Below are positions 9,355-21,586 of a DNA stretch of 64,000 bases, in pieces; positions within the stretch are counted from its first letter, which is position 1; each line of letters opens with the position of its first letter. Under the pieces are notes generated by a model. That model did not search any database, was not told the origin of the DNA, and saw only the letters and a list, made by a program, of their open reading frames with translations. Source of the DNA: an uncultured Alphaproteobacteria bacterium. Lineage in GTDB: Bacteria; Pseudomonadota; Alphaproteobacteria; Rhizobiales; Xanthobacteraceae. A program made the translations under genes and the position numbers. The stretch lies in the NCBI GenBank assembly GCA_963777635.1, contig CAVZSB010000004.1, positions 2,096-66,095 of the forward strand, read 5' to 3'.

Positions 9355-11980
9355 TCAGAACCGCGTTCCGCCACCGAACTGGAAAAACTGGGTGCGGTCA
9401 TACGGCTGCTTTAGGAGCGGATAGGCGAGATCGAACCGGAGCGGACCAAACGGCGAATCCCAGATGATGCTGCCACCGACGGCCACGCGCGGCATCGCCG
9501 TGTCGGTGTATTGCATGGCGCAATTGCCGCAGAGAAAGGTCGTGCCGTTGGAGGTTGTTATAGCGCCGTTGACTTCCCCATTCGCGGGCCACGACGTCTC
9601 GTCCCTTATAGCCCCACTCCGAACCGGAATCGATGAACACCGCGCCGCGTATTCCGGCATCCTTGGGCAGGAAGTAGAACGGGTACTGGAACTCCAGGCT
9701 GGCGCCCCAATACTTGGTGCCGCCGATGGCGTCGTTGGCCGTGGCGGAGGTGATGTCGCGTGGCCCGATGCCGGCTGGCGCAAAGCCGCGGACCAGATTG
9801 GGACCCATCTTGAAGTCGTCAAGCATGCGCACATAGCCGCTGCCGTTGGCGCAAGTATCTGCCGCGCAATTGGTCAGGCCCAGCATGTCGCCGCCTTGCA
9901 GATGCAGAATGCCGACGAGATCCGGGGTCACCTCGTAATAGCCGCGTACATCCAACACCGAGCGGATATATTTTGCATCGCCGCCGAGACCGGCAAAGTC
10001 CTGGCCGAAGCTGACGAGAATACCGTTGGTCGGATGCTTGTTGTTGTCGAGCGTGTTGTAGGTCAGTCCGTATCCCGCCAGCGACGTCAGATATCCGCCC
10101 TGGGCAAGCTCATAGCGGACCGGCAGCGAGGCCTCGTAGATCGGCGAGCCTCCTGTCGCTGAGTTTCCCGTGCTGAAAAGGCAGTTATTTTGACCGCCCC
10201 CCGCTAGAGCAGCGCCGAAAAGAGGATACGCCTGACCGATAACGCCGGCGGCGGTGGCGGCGTTAATCGCATTGACCGTCGGAAAGGTGGTTGAGAAATT
10301 CGGGTTGGTGTTGTTGCAGTCGTTCAGACTCGACACCAGGTTGATTTGGTTCCAGTAGATCGAATACCGCGCCTGCAAGGAGAGATCTTCGCGCAGCGGC
10401 ACGCCGAGTTTCAGATTGGTGCCGATCGTCTCGGTACCGTAGGAGAGATACGGGCTGGACAACGACTGCCGACCAAACAAGTCGATGCCGCCGGAAAGGC
10501 GCTGATCGAGAAAATAAGGTTCGACGAAACTAAGCTCGGCGCCGCGAATATATTGGCCGTACGTGGCCGAAGCCTTGCCGTAGCGGCCGGTTCCCAAGAG
10601 ATTGCGTTCGGAAATCGACACCTGCGCCATGAAGCCGTCTGCGGTCGAATAGCCGCCCATGACCGAAAAGTCGCCGGTCGATTGTTCCTCGACATCGACG
10701 TTGATCACGACGCGATCCGGCGCCGAACCGGGCTCGTTTGTGACCTTCACGGTTTTGAAAAAGCCGAGACTTTTGATCCGGCGCTCGGCGCGATCGACCA
10801 GGGCGCGATTGTAGGGGTCGCCTTCGGAAATATCGAACTCGCGCCGGATCACATACTCCCGGGTGCGCGTATTGCCGCGAATATTGATGCGCTCGATATA
10901 GGCCCGCGCGCCTTCATCCAGGAGAAAGACGACGCTGATGGTACGGTCCTGCGGGTTGCGGTCACCGCGCGGGCGTACCGTGGCGAACGGGTAGCCGTGC
11001 TTGCTGATTTCGACCGTCACGTCCTCGACGGTCTTTTCGACCGCGTCGCTGTTGTAGATATCGCCCCGCCTCATCCGCAGCACATGACGAAGCGATTCCG
11101 AATTGACCGCGCGGATGTTGGACTGAACCTCCACCGTGCCGAAGCGATATTGCTGCCCCTCCTCGATCGTGAAAGTTATGATGAATCCCTTGATCGCCGG
11201 ATCATACTCACCAACCGCGGAGACGACCTGGACGTCGGCGTAACCGTGGCTCAGATAGAAGCGCCGGAGCAGATCGCGGTCGGCTTCGATCCGATCGGGA
11301 TCGTAAACGTCCGTGGTCTGCAAGAAACTCAGGAAATTCGACGTCGAGGTCTTGATGACCTCCTTGAGGCGATAGTCCGAATAGGCGTGGTTGCCGACAA
11401 AAATGATGGACTTCACGCCGGTCTTTTCGCCTTCTCTGATCTCAAAGATCAGGTCGACGCGATTGTTCGGCCGTTCGATGATTTTGGGGGTCACCTGGAC
11501 GTCGAAGCGCCCGTTGCGATGATACACCTCGATGATGCGCTGAACGTCGGCCTGCACCATGGCGCGCGACAGCGTACCGCGGGCTTTTGACTGCAGTTCC
11601 TGCGTGATCTGCTCATCCTTGATCTTGTTGTTGCCCTCGAAGGCGAGCCGATCGATGACCGGCGCCTCTACGACGGTCACAACAAGCCGGTTGCCCGAGT
11701 GGGAAATCCGGATGTCCTGAAACAGCCCCGAGGCATACAGCGCCTTCAGTGCGGAATCGATCTTGGCGGCGTCGATATGTTCGCCGGGCGCAACCCTAAA
11801 GTATGAGCGGATGGTGTCGGCATCGACGCGACGATTGCCCTCGACGACAATAGCGGACGCGCTGGCGCCCGTTTCGGCAGGCTGGGCAAGTGCCGAGCCT
11901 GACGGAACGCCAAACAACGCTACGGCGAGGAGCATGCCGGCCACGACAAGCCCTCGCCTTACCCGCACACACATATTCAT
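9355..11980 (-). CDS. bamA: outer membrane protein assembly factor BamA, with an apparent 1-nt frame break near 9603..9605
   Basis: The 860-aa ORF (9398..11980) has a signal peptide, a POTRA region and a barrel, but its last ~70 aa are nonsense. The overlapping 159-aa ORF (9355..9834) carries the canonical barrel end ...GGSIIWDSPFGPLRFDLAYPLLKQPYDRTQFFQFGGGTRF. The frames join at WGYKG / DETSWPANGEVNG. Confidence 0.9.
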
Positions 11981-12147
11981 GCGCTACGCGCCCTTATTCC
12001 CCTCGTGGCCACCCCCACAGGCGGGTTCGTCGCAGTCTCCCTCAGCTTACGTCTCAACCTCGTGACAAGTCCTCTCGCCTCGAGATTGGCGCCGGGGCCC
12101 GCCCGGGTACCATCGTCCCCCAACCGCTCCCCCAAAGCGGCTGTCCC

Positions 12148-13299
12148 CTAGGACGTCGTCAGATGAACGATGTCATTAAAAGTTGCAAATATCATCAACA
12201 TAAGAACGATCGCGAGACCGATGCGAAAACCCACCTCCTGAGCCCTTTCCGACAGCGGACGACCGCGAATAGCCTCAATACCATAGAACAAAAGGTGACC
12301 GCCATCGAGCAGCGGGATCGGAAAGAGGTTAAGAAGCCCGATCGATATGGAAAGGACGGCGGCAAGCTGGATGAGCGGAACAAAACCGAAACTCGCAACC
12401 TGCCCCGACATCTGCGCGATGCGGATCGGGCCACCAAGCTGGTTGGCCGCCTCGCGGCCGGAGATGACACCGCCGATGTAGCTCAGCGTGCGGTCAACGA
12501 CAGACCAGGTTTCCTGAACGCTCAGCCAAATGGCGTCGAGCGGAGCGACCGGGTGTAATTTCAGATCCTCCGGCGCCATCGAACGGCTTATGCCGAGAAT
12601 TCCGACGTGCTGCACATTGCCGAAATTGTCCTTGACCTCTTTGAGAGTCGGCGTCGCCTTCAGGACCTTCTCCGTCCCGTCACGCTCGATGGTGATCTCA
12701 AGCGCTTCTCCGGCGCTCGCACTCACAAAACGCTGCATCTCGGTGAAATTGTCGATGTGATGCCCGTTGATGGCGAGGACCACGTCACCGGGCATGAATC
12801 CGGCCTGCTCCGCCGCGCTGGCGGGCTGAACCGCGTCGACACGCGCGCTCATCGTCTGCTTGCCGTAGATCATGAAAACCCCGGCGAAGATCACGATGGC
12901 CAAGAGAAAATTCGCCAGCGGTCCAGCGACGACGATGGCCGCGCGCTTGGGCACGGGTTGGAACATGAAACTTTCAGCACGTTCCTGCGGATCCATGTTT
13001 GCACCGCGCGAGACGTCGGGCACGCTTGCCGCATTTTCATCGCCGAAAAACTTCACAAAGCCGCCGAGCGGGATGGCCGAGATCTTCCAGCGCGTCCCGT
13101 AGCGATCATTGAAGCCGACGATTTCCGGTCCGAAGCCGATAGAGAAGACCAGAATCCGCACTCCGCACCAGCGGGCGACGAGGAAATGACCGAGTTCGTG
13201 GAAGAACACGACAAGGCTGAGGACGAACAAAAAGGGAATGAGATAGCCCACGACGCCACCGCCGAGCGCATGCAAATGCGCCAATAGATTGGTCCCCAT
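12148..13299 (-). CDS. rseP: RIP zinc metalloprotease RseP
   Basis: HELGHFLVAR zinc motif, PDZ region and multiple TM segments. Start at MGTNLLAHL; the longer ORF prefix is Pro/Ser/Arg junk. Confidence 0.9.
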   Translation of the reverse strand: MGTNLLAHLHALGGGVVGYLIPFLFVLSLVVFFHELGHFLVARWCGVRILVFSIGFGPEIVGFNDRYGTRWKISAIPLGGFVKFFGDENAASVPDVSRGANMDPQERAESFMFQPVPKRAAIVVAGPLANFLLAIVIFAGVFMIYGKQTMSARVDAVQPASAAEQAGFMPGDVVLAINGHHIDNFTEMQRFVSASAGEALEITIERDGTEKVLKATPTLKEVKDNFGNVQHVGILGISRSMAPEDLKLHPVAPLDAIWLSVQETWSVVDRTLSYIGGVISGREAANQLGGPIRIAQMSGQVASFGFVPLIQLAAVLSISIGLLNLFPIPLLDGGHLLFYGIEAIRGRPLSERAQEVGFRIGLAIVLMLMIFATFNDIVHLTTS

Positions 13300-13342
13300 G
13301 ACGCCTATCCCCACCCCTGAATGACCCAACCCACTTGTAACG

Positions 13343-14566
13343 CTAGGATGCCATTGCGGCAATTTCGGGCAAGAGGCCGGCCGCCAGCCGTCTTGCATTA
13401 TGGTCAACGGCGAGCGCGTCCTCGACGGACTGGGGCTCGGCGACCGTGCCCTGCCGCTCTGCCGCATCAAGCGTCGCCTCGACCAAGGCGGGAATACCGC
13501 TAAATCCGAGACGCCGCCCAACGAATTCAGCCACCGCAATCTCGTTTGCGGCGTTGAGGACCGTCGGGGCGGCGCCACCGGCTGCAAGCGCCCGGCGGGC
13601 CAAAGCCAGCGCCGGAAAACGCTTCAAATCGGGCTCTTCGAACGTCAGCGAGGCGACACGCGCAAGATCGAGCCGGGCGGCGGGCGTCGCCATGCGTACC
13701 GGCCAAGCCAGGCAATGGGCGATCGGAATGCGCATGTCGGGCGAGCCGAGTTGGGCGACCACGGAGCCGTCACGGTATTCCACCAGGCCATGAATCACGG
13801 ATTGCGGGTGGACGACCACGTCGAGGGCATCCGGTCCGAGCGCAAATAAGTGATGAGCCTCGATGAGTTCGAGACCCTTATTCATCAGCGTCGCCGAATC
13901 GATCGTAACCTTGGGTCCCATCGACCAGGTCGGATGCTTGAGCGCCTGCTCAAGCGTCACTTTGCGAATCGCTTCAAGCGACCAGGTGCGAAACGGTCCG
14001 CCCGACGCAGTCAGGACGATGCGGCGCACGTCCTCGCGGCGGCCCGCGCCAAGCGCCTGAAAAATCGCATTGTGCTCGGAATCGACCGGCAGAACGGTTG
14101 CGCCCGCAGCGGCTGCCCGGCGCATGAACAAAGCGCCTGCACAGACCAGGCATTCCTTGTTGGCGAGAGCAACGGTAGCGCCACGCTCGGCTGCGGCCAG
14201 CGTCGGCTCCAAGCTCGTTGCACCGGTAATCGCTGCCATCACCCAGTCGGCGGGACGCTGCGCCGCTTCGACGATCGCGGCGGCGCCGGCGGCCGCCTCG
14301 ATGCCAGATCCGGAGAGTTCGGCTTTGAGTTCGCCATACGCATCGGGATCGGCGACGGCGGCAAATCGGGCGCCAAGTTCGCGCGCCAGGCGAGCAAGCG
14401 ACGCGGCGTTACGATGCGCGGTCACTGCTTCGACGCAATAGCGCCCGGCCTCCTGCCGCAACAGGTCGACCGTGCTGGAGCCGATCGAACCGGTGGCGCC
14501 CAACAACGTCACCGCGCGCGGCGCCGACGCCAATTCCGCTCTTGCCAGCGGCTGGGTGTTCTTCAT
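13343..14566 (-). CDS. dxr: 1-deoxy-D-xylulose-5-phosphate reductoisomerase
   Basis: [17 protein letters not shown]-terminus and Dxr-like sequence throughout. Start at MKNTQPL. Confidence 0.92.
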   Translation of the reverse strand: MKNTQPLARAELASAPRAVTLLGATGSIGSSTVDLLRQEAGRYCVEAVTAHRNAASLARLARELGARFAAVADPDAYGELKAELSGSGIEAAAGAAAIVEAAQRPADWVMAAITGATSLEPTLAAAERGATVALANKECLVCAGALFMRRAAAAGATVLPVDSEHNAIFQALGAGRREDVRRIVLTASGGPFRTWSLEAIRKVTLEQALKHPTWSMGPKVTIDSATLMNKGLELIEAHHLFALGPDALDVVVHPQSVIHGLVEYRDGSVVAQLGSPDMRIPIAHCLAWPVRMATPAARLDLARVASLTFEEPDLKRFPALALARRALAAGGAAPTVLNAANEIAVAEFVGRRLGFSGIPALVEATLDAAERQGTVAEPQSVEDALAVDHNARRLAAGLLPEIAAMAS

Positions 14567-14570
14567 CCGC

Positions 14571-15452
14571 CTACCATACCAGCAAGCCGCGGGCCGGCGC
14601 AGCCGTCCCTTGGCGCAGCAGGCCGATAAGAAGGGCGGCAAAAGCAGCGACCAGGAACCCGTCGATACGATCCATCAATCCGCCATGGCCGGGGATCAGG
14701 TGGCTCGCGTCTTTCGCACCAAAACGCCGTTTGATCGCCAACTCGAAGAGGTCCCCGGCTTGCGCGAGGACGGAAAGCACCAACGCCATAACGGAAACAA
14801 TCCCCAGCTTACCGACACCGTTCGCATAGGCGACCGCCACCCCGGCGGCAACCCCCCCGATGAGGCCGCCAACCGCGCCAGACCACGTCTTCTTTGGGCT
14901 GACGCTGGGCCACAACAAAGGGCCGCCAATGCTACGCCCGCAGAAATAGGCAAAAATGTCGGTAATCCATACAATTGCGAACAGGAATAGAAGTGCCGTG
15001 AGACCCCATTCCGGATCTCCGCGCAACAGCGCCGGGCCGAGAAAAGCCGCCCCTGCATAGACCACCCCGCCCATGGCCCAAATGCCGGCGGTCGAGGCCG
15101 GTTCTTCCCCCGGCCAGGCGAACTTGGCAAACCCGGCCAATATGGCCCCTACTGCGATCGCGCCCCAGGCCAAATCGGGCGAATGAATGCCGGCGAAGAC
15201 CAAGCCGCCGAACAGCGCGGCCCATCCCGGTACCAGAATCCGCGGATCGGAGCGATGCGCTACCAGCGCCGTCCATTCCCAGAGAACGCCGCCCGCCCCA
15301 AACGCACACAGCGCAAGAAATATCCAGCCGCCGGCATAGGTAGCCGCCAGCGTCACCGGAGCGAGCACGGCGACCGATGCCACGCGCAGCGTCAGGTTGC
15401 TGGCGCGGGCCCTGCGTCCACCGGAGCCGTCCGATTGGTCAGACCGCGTCAC
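14571..15452 (-). CDS. cdsA: phosphatidate cytidylyltransferase
   Basis: Signature [25 protein letters not shown]. Start proposed at the GTG overlapping the uppS stop (GTGA); the exact start is uncertain. Confidence 0.85.
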   Translation of the reverse strand: MTRSDQSDGSGGRRARASNLTLRVASVAVLAPVTLAATYAGGWIFLALCAFGAGGVLWEWTALVAHRSDPRILVPGWAALFGGLVFAGIHSPDLAWGAIAVGAILAGFAKFAWPGEEPASTAGIWAMGGVVYAGAAFLGPALLRGDPEWGLTALLFLFAIVWITDIFAYFCGRSIGGPLLWPSVSPKKTWSGAVGGLIGGVAAGVAVAYANGVGKLGIVSVMALVLSVLAQAGDLFELAIKRRFGAKDASHLIPGHGGLMDRIDGFLVAAFAALLIGLLRQGTAAPARGLLVW

Positions 15453-16222
15453 GATCCGGTATTGGCGACCAGTCCGCCGAAACGGCGCTCGCGGCGGCGG
15501 TATTCCGCGATCGCCCCTTCGAGCGCGGCACGGTCGAAATCGGGCCAGTTGATCGGCACGAAAACAAGCTCGCTGTAGGCCGCCTGCCACAACAGGAAGT
15601 TGGAAAGCCGCTGCTCGCCGCTGGTCCGGATAATCACGTCGGGATCGGGGATATCGGGCGCGAGAAGATAGCCGCCGAGGCGCTCGGGCGTTATCTCATC
15701 GGCCGAAAGCCGTCCCTCCGCCACCTCGATCGCGAGCAGCCGCGCGGCGTTCGCGATCTCCTGGCGCGCACCGTAGTTGAACGCCACGAGCAAGGTCAGC
15801 CCGTCGTTGCCGCGCGTCAGATCTTCGGCTTCTTGCAGCAACAGACAGATGTCGCGGTCGAGACTCTTGCGCTCGCCGATAATGCGAACGCGCACGTTGC
15901 TTTTATGCAGTTCGGCAAGGTCTTTGCGGATGAACCGGCGCAACAGACCCATAAGGTCGCTGATTTCCGACAGCGGCCGCGACCAGTTTTCCGAGCTGAA
16001 GGAGAAAATCGTCAGCGCGGAAATGCCCAAATCGGCCGCGGCTCGCACCGTCCGGCGCAAAGCCTCGACGCCGCGCCGATGGCCCTCGATCCGCGGCAAA
16101 CCGCGCGCAGCCGCCCAGCGCCCGTTGCCATCCATAATGATGGCGACATGGCGCGGCACCTCGAAAGAGTCGTCCCCGTGCGGGATCGGCTCGGCCGCAT
16201 TGCTTCTCGCCGCGTCGCTCAA
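15449..16222 (-). CDS. uppS: di-trans,poly-cis-undecaprenyl-diphosphate synthase
   Basis: [15 protein letters not shown] motif and ...[15 protein letters not shown]. Confidence 0.95.
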   Translation of the reverse strand: MSDAARSNAAEPIPHGDDSFEVPRHVAIIMDGNGRWAAARGLPRIEGHRRGVEALRRTVRAAADLGISALTIFSFSSENWSRPLSEISDLMGLLRRFIRKDLAELHKSNVRVRIIGERKSLDRDICLLLQEAEDLTRGNDGLTLLVAFNYGARQEIANAARLLAIEVAEGRLSADEITPERLGGYLLAPDIPDPDVIIRTSGEQRLSNFLLWQAAYSELVFVPINWPDFDRAALEGAIAEYRRRERRFGGLVANTGS

Positions 16223-16782
16223 ACCGTCATGATCTCCTTTTCCTTGCCAGCAAGCAGCTTGTCGACCTCGCCGATCGTGGCGTCGGTCGCTTTCTGAACC
16301 TCCGCCGATTGCCGCTCGTGATCGTCCTCGCTGATCTTGTGGTCCTTCTCAAGCTTCTTGAGCAGGTCGAGCCCGTCGCGCCGCACGTGACGTACGGCCA
16401 CGCGTGCCGCCTCAGCGTATTTGTGCGCGACTTTCGCCAGTTCGCGGCGCCGCTCCTCGTTGAGCTCGGGAACGCGCAGCCTGATGACCTGCCCTTCGGT
16501 CGAAGGCGTCAGCCCGAGATTGGCACTGGAAATGGCTTTCTCGACGGCATGGATCATCGTTCGGTCCCACACCTGAACGTTGAGAAGCCGCGGCTCGGGA
16601 ACGCTGATCGTGGCCAGCTGATTGAGCGGCATGTGATTGCCGTAAGCGTCGACCTGGACGTGCTCCAGTAGTGCCGACGAAGCGCGGCCGGTGCGCAAAC
16701 CGCTGAGTTCCTGCTTGAGCGAGGCGATCGCGCCCTGCATGCGGCGCTTGAGGTCATTCATGTCGAATGTCGCTGTTGCCAT
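16219..16782 (-). CDS. frr: ribosome recycling factor
   Basis: RRF sequence ([10 protein letters not shown]..., NVQVWD...) in the conserved pyrH-frr-uppS context. Confidence 0.95.
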   Translation of the reverse strand: MATATFDMNDLKRRMQGAIASLKQELSGLRTGRASSALLEHVQVDAYGNHMPLNQLATISVPEPRLLNVQVWDRTMIHAVEKAISSANLGLTPSTEGQVIRLRVPELNEERRRELAKVAHKYAEAARVAVRHVRRDGLDLLKKLEKDHKISEDDHERQSAEVQKATDATIGEVDKLLAGKEKEIMTV

Positions 16783-16832
16783 GGTGCCCTCCTGCGATCC
16801 GATCGGTCGCTTTCACCCGCTGACGCCGACCG

Positions 16833-17549
16833 TCAGCCGACCGTGGTGAAGTGCCCCTGCCCGCGCAAAACGGTCTCGATCGCGCCATGCGCCCGGATCG
16901 AAAAAACGATGATAGGCATACGGTTCTCCCGGGCAAGCGCGAACGCGGTCGCATCCATGATTTTTAGGTTGCGGTCGAGCGCCTCCTGATGATCGAGGCG
17001 CTCATACCGCTTGGCGTTCGGATCGCGCTTTGGATCGGCAGTATAGACGCCGTCGACATCGGTGGCCTTGAGCACGGCGTCGCACCCCATCTCGGCGGCG
17101 CGCAAAACGGCCGTCGTATCGGTCGTGAAGTATGGATTGCCGGTGCCGCCGGCGAAAACGATGATGCGGTCATCCTCGAGATGCCGCAATGCACGCTGGC
17201 GCTCGTAGGTCTCGCAGACCTGCGGCATCGCCAGCGCCGACATGGTTCGCGCACTGACGCCGGCGCGTTCGACGGCGGTTTCCAGAACCAGCGCGTTCAT
17301 CACCGTCGCCAGCATCCCCATCGAATCGGCGGTTGGCCGCGACAGGCCATTTTCGGAAATCTGCGCCCCGCGCAGAATGTTGCCGCCGCCGACCACAACA
17401 CCTAATCCAATTCCCATCTTGTGGGCGGCAACCAGATCGGCCGCGAAGCCGTCGATGGTCTGCTGGTGGATGCCGAATTTTTCGGGCCCGCTCAGGGCTT
17501 CGCCGGAGAGCTTGACGATCACGCGTCGGTAGTTCGGCTTCGTCATCGC
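16833..17549 (-). CDS. pyrH: UMP kinase
   Basis: [13 protein letters not shown]..., [10 protein letters not shown]. Start at MTKPNYRR. Confidence 0.95.
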   Translation of the reverse strand, partial: AMTKPNYRRVIVKLSGEALSGPEKFGIHQQTIDGFAADLVAAHKMGIGLGVVVGGGNILRGAQISENGLSRPTADSMGMLATVMNALVLETAVERAGVSARTMSALAMPQVCETYERQRALRHLEDDRIIVFAGGTGNPYFTTDTTAVLRAAEMGCDAVLKATDVDGVYTADPKRDPNAKRYERLDHQEALDRNLKIMDATAFALARENRMPIIVFSIRAHGAIETVLRGQGHFTTVG

Positions 17550-17637
17550 AACGTTCCGCCCCGTGCGCACCGATTCCAGGCGCCGGCTTTACGGCTATCG
17601 CATCCGCACACGAAACAACAGGGCCGCCCCGTGATCC

Positions 17638-18561
17638 TCAGTGGGTGCCGGCCAGCGCCGCAACTTCGCCGCCGAAATCTCCGTCGGGGCGGTCGATTCC
17701 TTCGCCGAGAGCAAAGCGGACGAAGCCCGCGATCTTGACCGGCGCACCGGCCTTTCCTTCACTCTCCTTGACCGCCTGCGCCACGCTCTTCTTGTCGTCG
17801 AAGATAAAGCCCTGGTCGAGCAGGCAGACTTCTTTGTAGAAGGTCTTGAGGCCGGACTCGACGATCTTGTCGATCACGTTCGCGGGTTTGCCCTGCGCCT
17901 TGAACTTGTCCGCGAGCACGTTCTTCTCGCGCTCGATCGTTGCCGCGTCGAGCCCGGAAGAATCGACCGCCTGCGGATTGGCGGACGCGACATGCATCGC
18001 CACCATGCGGCCGAAGGCCTTGAGCTCGTCGGTATTGCCGGCCAATTCGAGCGCCACGATCACGCCGATCTTGCCAAGGCCGTCACTGACCGAGTTGTGC
18101 ACGTAGCTCGCCACGACCCCTTTGCCGACCGAAAGCGCGGCGGCCCGGCGCAGCGTCATGTTCTCGCCGATCTTGGCGATGGTCTCGTTGATCGCATCGC
18201 TGATTGTGCGATCGCCAACCGGCGCGGCCAAAATCTTCGCCACGTCCGGTCCGGTACCCAGCGCGACGTCCGCGATCATCTTGACCAGGCCCTGAAACAG
18301 GTCGTTGCGCGCGACGAAATCGGTCTCCGAGTTCACCTCGACGACGACGCCCTTGTTGGCGGCAATCGCGATGCCGATGAGCCCCTCGGCCGCGACCCGC
18401 CCTGCCTTCTTCGCCGCCTTGGCGAGCCCCTTTTTGCGCAGCCAGTCGACCGCGGCCTCGAGATCGCCGCTCGTTTCGCCGAGCGCCGCTTTGCAATCCA
18501 TCATGCCGGCTCCGGTCTTCTCGCGGAGCTCTTTCACCATGCTTGCGCTGATGTTCGCCAT
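17638..18561 (-). CDS. tsf: translation elongation factor Ts
   Basis: [24 protein letters not shown]-terminus. Start at MANISA. Confidence 0.95.
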   Translation of the reverse strand: MANISASMVKELREKTGAGMMDCKAALGETSGDLEAAVDWLRKKGLAKAAKKAGRVAAEGLIGIAIAANKGVVVEVNSETDFVARNDLFQGLVKMIADVALGTGPDVAKILAAPVGDRTISDAINETIAKIGENMTLRRAAALSVGKGVVASYVHNSVSDGLGKIGVIVALELAGNTDELKAFGRMVAMHVASANPQAVDSSGLDAATIEREKNVLADKFKAQGKPANVIDKIVESGLKTFYKEVCLLDQGFIFDDKKSVAQAVKESEGKAGAPVKIAGFVRFALGEGIDRPDGDFGGEVAALAGTH

Positions 18562-18594
18562 TTTTCCAATCCTCGATGGCAATTCGCCTGCGGC

Positions 18595-19593
18595 TTACTC
18601 GGCCTCAGTCGCCATCTGTTCCTTCGCTCGCGCAATCCAGCCTTCGACGCGGCCGGGAAGCCCGACCTCTTCGCCGACATTGTGGGCAGCGACCGGGGAG
18701 AATTCGGCGATCTGCCAGACGTGGAAGATGCCGAGGTCGTTAAGCTGTTTTTCGATGGCCGGCGACACGCCGGGGAATTTTTTGAGGTCGTCGGCGACGC
18801 CGCGCGGACCGGACAGCGGCTGGAAGCCGAGCTTCTCGGTCTCCGGCGGCAGTTCCTCGACCAGCGGCTCGGCCAGCGCGCCGACGTCGATACGCTCGCC
18901 CTGCCCGCGTGAAATCCCGTCGATCACCGCCTTGGCGACCAGGTCGCAATAAAGGGTGATGGCGCGGCTCGCGTCGTCATTGCCGGGGATGACGTAAGTG
19001 ATGCCAACCGGATCGCAATTGGTGTCGACGACGGCCGCCACCGGAATGCCAAGGCGTCGCGCCTCCTTGATGGCGATGTCTTCCTTGTTGGTGTCGATGA
19101 CGAACACCATATCGGGCAATCCGCCCATATCCTTGATGCCGCCGAGCGCGCGATCGAGCTTGTCGCGCTCGCGTTGCAGCGTCAGCCGCTCTTTCTTGGT
19201 GTAGCCCTGCGCTTCGTTGGAAGAGAGCATCTCCTCCAGCGTCCGCAGCCGCTTGATCGAATTGGAAACGGTTTTCCAGTTCGTCAGCGTGCCGCCGAGC
19301 CAGCGCGAATTTACATAATATTGCGCTGATTTCTTGGCCAATTCGGCAATCGCGTCCTGCGCCTGCCGCTTGGTGCCGACGAACAGGATGCGTCCGCCAT
19401 TCGCCACCGTGTCGCTGATCGCCTGCAAGGCGCGATGCAGCATCGGCACGGTTTGCGTCAAGTCGACGATGTGGATGTTGTTGCGGGTGCCGAAGATGTA
19501 CTCAGCCATCTTCGGATTCCAGCGATGGGCCTGATGGCCGAAATGCACGCCAGCTTCCAAAAGCTGGCGCATGCTGTAGTCGGGCAGCGTCAT
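18595..19593 (-). CDS. rpsB: 30S ribosomal protein S2 with a C-terminal extension
   Basis: [20 protein letters not shown] core, plus a tail of about 80 aa ([32 protein letters not shown]...). Confidence 0.93.
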   Translation of the reverse strand: MTLPDYSMRQLLEAGVHFGHQAHRWNPKMAEYIFGTRNNIHIVDLTQTVPMLHRALQAISDTVANGGRILFVGTKRQAQDAIAELAKKSAQYYVNSRWLGGTLTNWKTVSNSIKRLRTLEEMLSSNEAQGYTKKERLTLQRERDKLDRALGGIKDMGGLPDMVFVIDTNKEDIAIKEARRLGIPVAAVVDTNCDPVGITYVIPGNDDASRAITLYCDLVAKAVIDGISRGQGERIDVGALAEPLVEELPPETEKLGFQPLSGPRGVADDLKKFPGVSPAIEKQLNDLGIFHVWQIAEFSPVAAHNVGEEVGLPGRVEGWIARAKEQMATEAE

Positions 19594-19787
19594 AATCATT
19601 CTCCGGTTGATCCGCCGCGGACCGATGAGCCCGGCCGGTTGGCCGGACACCGGACGGCTTTTGAGGCCAAGGTCCGCGTGTGAGATTGGGCGCCTTATAT
19701 AGGGATAGTCCCCACCAACGCAACTTGAACCTTGCCGACCGCGCCGGCGGACGATCGATCCGCCGAAATCCCCGTGAAAGAGCCGCC

Positions 19788-21485
19788 CTAGAGCCCCCGG
19801 CGTTTTCGCTTCTTGGCGGCTTTCTTGGCCGCGAGGCGGGCCGCGGCAGCGCTATCCTCGCCCCGCATCGCCGCGCCAACTTCGGCCAAGTCGCCCGGTT
19901 GCTGGGAGGGCGAAGCGCCGAGCCTCGCCCGATCGAGGACGAAGCGGGCATAGTCGTCCATATCCCCGGCAAACGGCACGATGCGGCCATCGGCCGTCAG
20001 CCACAGCCGGTCCGCCACCAGCTCGATCAACGAGCGGTCGTGGGTGATGAGGATGACCGCGCCCTCATAATCGTTGAGCGCATCGAGCAGCGCACGGCGG
20101 CTGTCGATGTCGAGGTGGTTCGTCGGCTCGTCGAGGATGAGGAGGTGCGGCGCCGCCATCGCCACGAGATTGAGGAGAAGCCGCGCGCGCTCGCCGCCGG
20201 AAAGATTGGCGACCGTGGTTTCCTGTTTGTCGAACGAGAGCCCGAACTGCGCCAGCCGCGAACGCCGCGACAATTCACTGTCGTCCGGCCGCTCGCGGCG
20301 CATGATCTCCAAAGGCGTATCGGCCGGGTCGAGCGCCTCGATCTGATGCTGATGAAACCAGCCGACGCGGATGCGTTGCTCGCGTTTCATGTGGCCGGAT
20401 TGCAGCGGCAACGCTCCCGCAACCATCTTGGCGAATGTCGACTTGCCGGCGCCGTTGACGCCGAGAAGTCCGATGCGGTCATCGACATCGAGCCGGAGAT
20501 TGAGATTGCGCAGGACCGGCGCGCCGTCATAGCCGACCGCCGCCGCTTCAAGCTGGATCAGCGGCGGCGCCAGCGGCCGCGCCGGCGACGGCAGCGTAAA
20601 CGGCGCGACGCGCTGCTCGACGACCTCGGCGATCGGTTCAAGCTTGGCGAGGCGCTTGACGCGCGACTGCGCCTGCGCCGCTTTGCTCGCTTTGGCCCGG
20701 AACCGGTCGATGAAGCGTTGCAGATGCGCGCGTTCGGCCTCCTGCTTCACCCGCGTCGCCGCCTGCAGCCGCGTCTTTTCCGCGCGCCGCGTTTCGAACG
20801 CGTCGTAGCCGCCGGTGTAAAGCTCGAGCTTGCCGTCGCTCAGATGCAGGATGGCGTCGACGGAATTGTTGAGCAGCTCGCGGTCATGGCTGACGATCAG
20901 CGCGGTATGCGGATACTTCTTGAGCCGCGCTTCGAGCCAAAGCGCGCCTTCGAGGTCGAGATAGTTGGTCGGTTCGTCAAGCAGAAGCAGTTCGGGCTGC
21001 GCGAACAGCGCGGCCGCCAGCGCGACGCGCATGCGCCAGCCGCCGGAGAACTCCGCCATCGGGCGATGGAGGTCGGCCTCGGCGAAACCGAGCCCGCTGA
21101 GGATTTCGGCAGCCCGCGCCGGCGCACGGTCGGCGTCGATTTCGTTCAGCCGCTGATAGATTTCCGCAAGCTCTTCGGGCTCGGCGGTTTCGAGTTCCGC
21201 GTTGAGCGCTTCGCGCTGCGTGTCGGCGGCCAGGATGGTGTCGAGGAGACTGATCGGCGTGGCCGGATGCTCCTGATCCACCGAGCCGATCCGCGCCGCC
21301 TTCGGCAGCAGGATCTCGCCGCTCAAGGGAACGAGATCGCCGAGGATGATCTTGAACAGCGTCGATTTGCCGACGCCATTGCGCCCGACCAGCCCGACCT
21401 TGGCTCCGGTCGGAATCGCCACGGTCGCGGAATCGAAAAATCGCCGGCCCCAGGCGTCAAAAATGAGATTCTCAATCCGAAGCAT
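19788..21485 (-). CDS. ABC-F family ATPase (two ABC domains, no TM domain)
   Basis: Two Walker A motifs ([18 protein letters not shown]), two signatures ([16 protein letters not shown]) and a basic C-terminal tail. Start at MLRIENL (ATG 21483..21485); the upstream 253 codons of the ORF are Arg/Gly junk overlapping dnaE. Confidence 0.88.
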   Translation of the reverse strand: MLRIENLIFDAWGRRFFDSATVAIPTGAKVGLVGRNGVGKSTLFKIILGDLVPLSGEILLPKAARIGSVDQEHPATPISLLDTILAADTQREALNAELETAEPEELAEIYQRLNEIDADRAPARAAEILSGLGFAEADLHRPMAEFSGGWRMRVALAAALFAQPELLLLDEPTNYLDLEGALWLEARLKKYPHTALIVSHDRELLNNSVDAILHLSDGKLELYTGGYDAFETRRAEKTRLQAATRVKQEAERAHLQRFIDRFRAKASKAAQAQSRVKRLAKLEPIAEVVEQRVAPFTLPSPARPLAPPLIQLEAAAVGYDGAPVLRNLNLRLDVDDRIGLLGVNGAGKSTFAKMVAGALPLQSGHMKREQRIRVGWFHQHQIEALDPADTPLEIMRRERPDDSELSRRSRLAQFGLSFDKQETTVANLSGGERARLLLNLVAMAAPHLLILDEPTNHLDIDSRRALLDALNDYEGAVILITHDRSLIELVADRLWLTADGRIVPFAGDMDDYARFVLDRARLGASPSQQPGDLAEVGAAMRGEDSAAAARLAAKKAAKKRKRRGL

Positions 21486-21586
21486 AGCGCGGCCAGCCGA
21501 CAAAGGTTTGTTGTGGGAAGAAAGCGGCCGCTCTTTAACGCACCACGCGCCGGATAGCGAGAGGAGATGTTGTGCGACGGCGCGAC

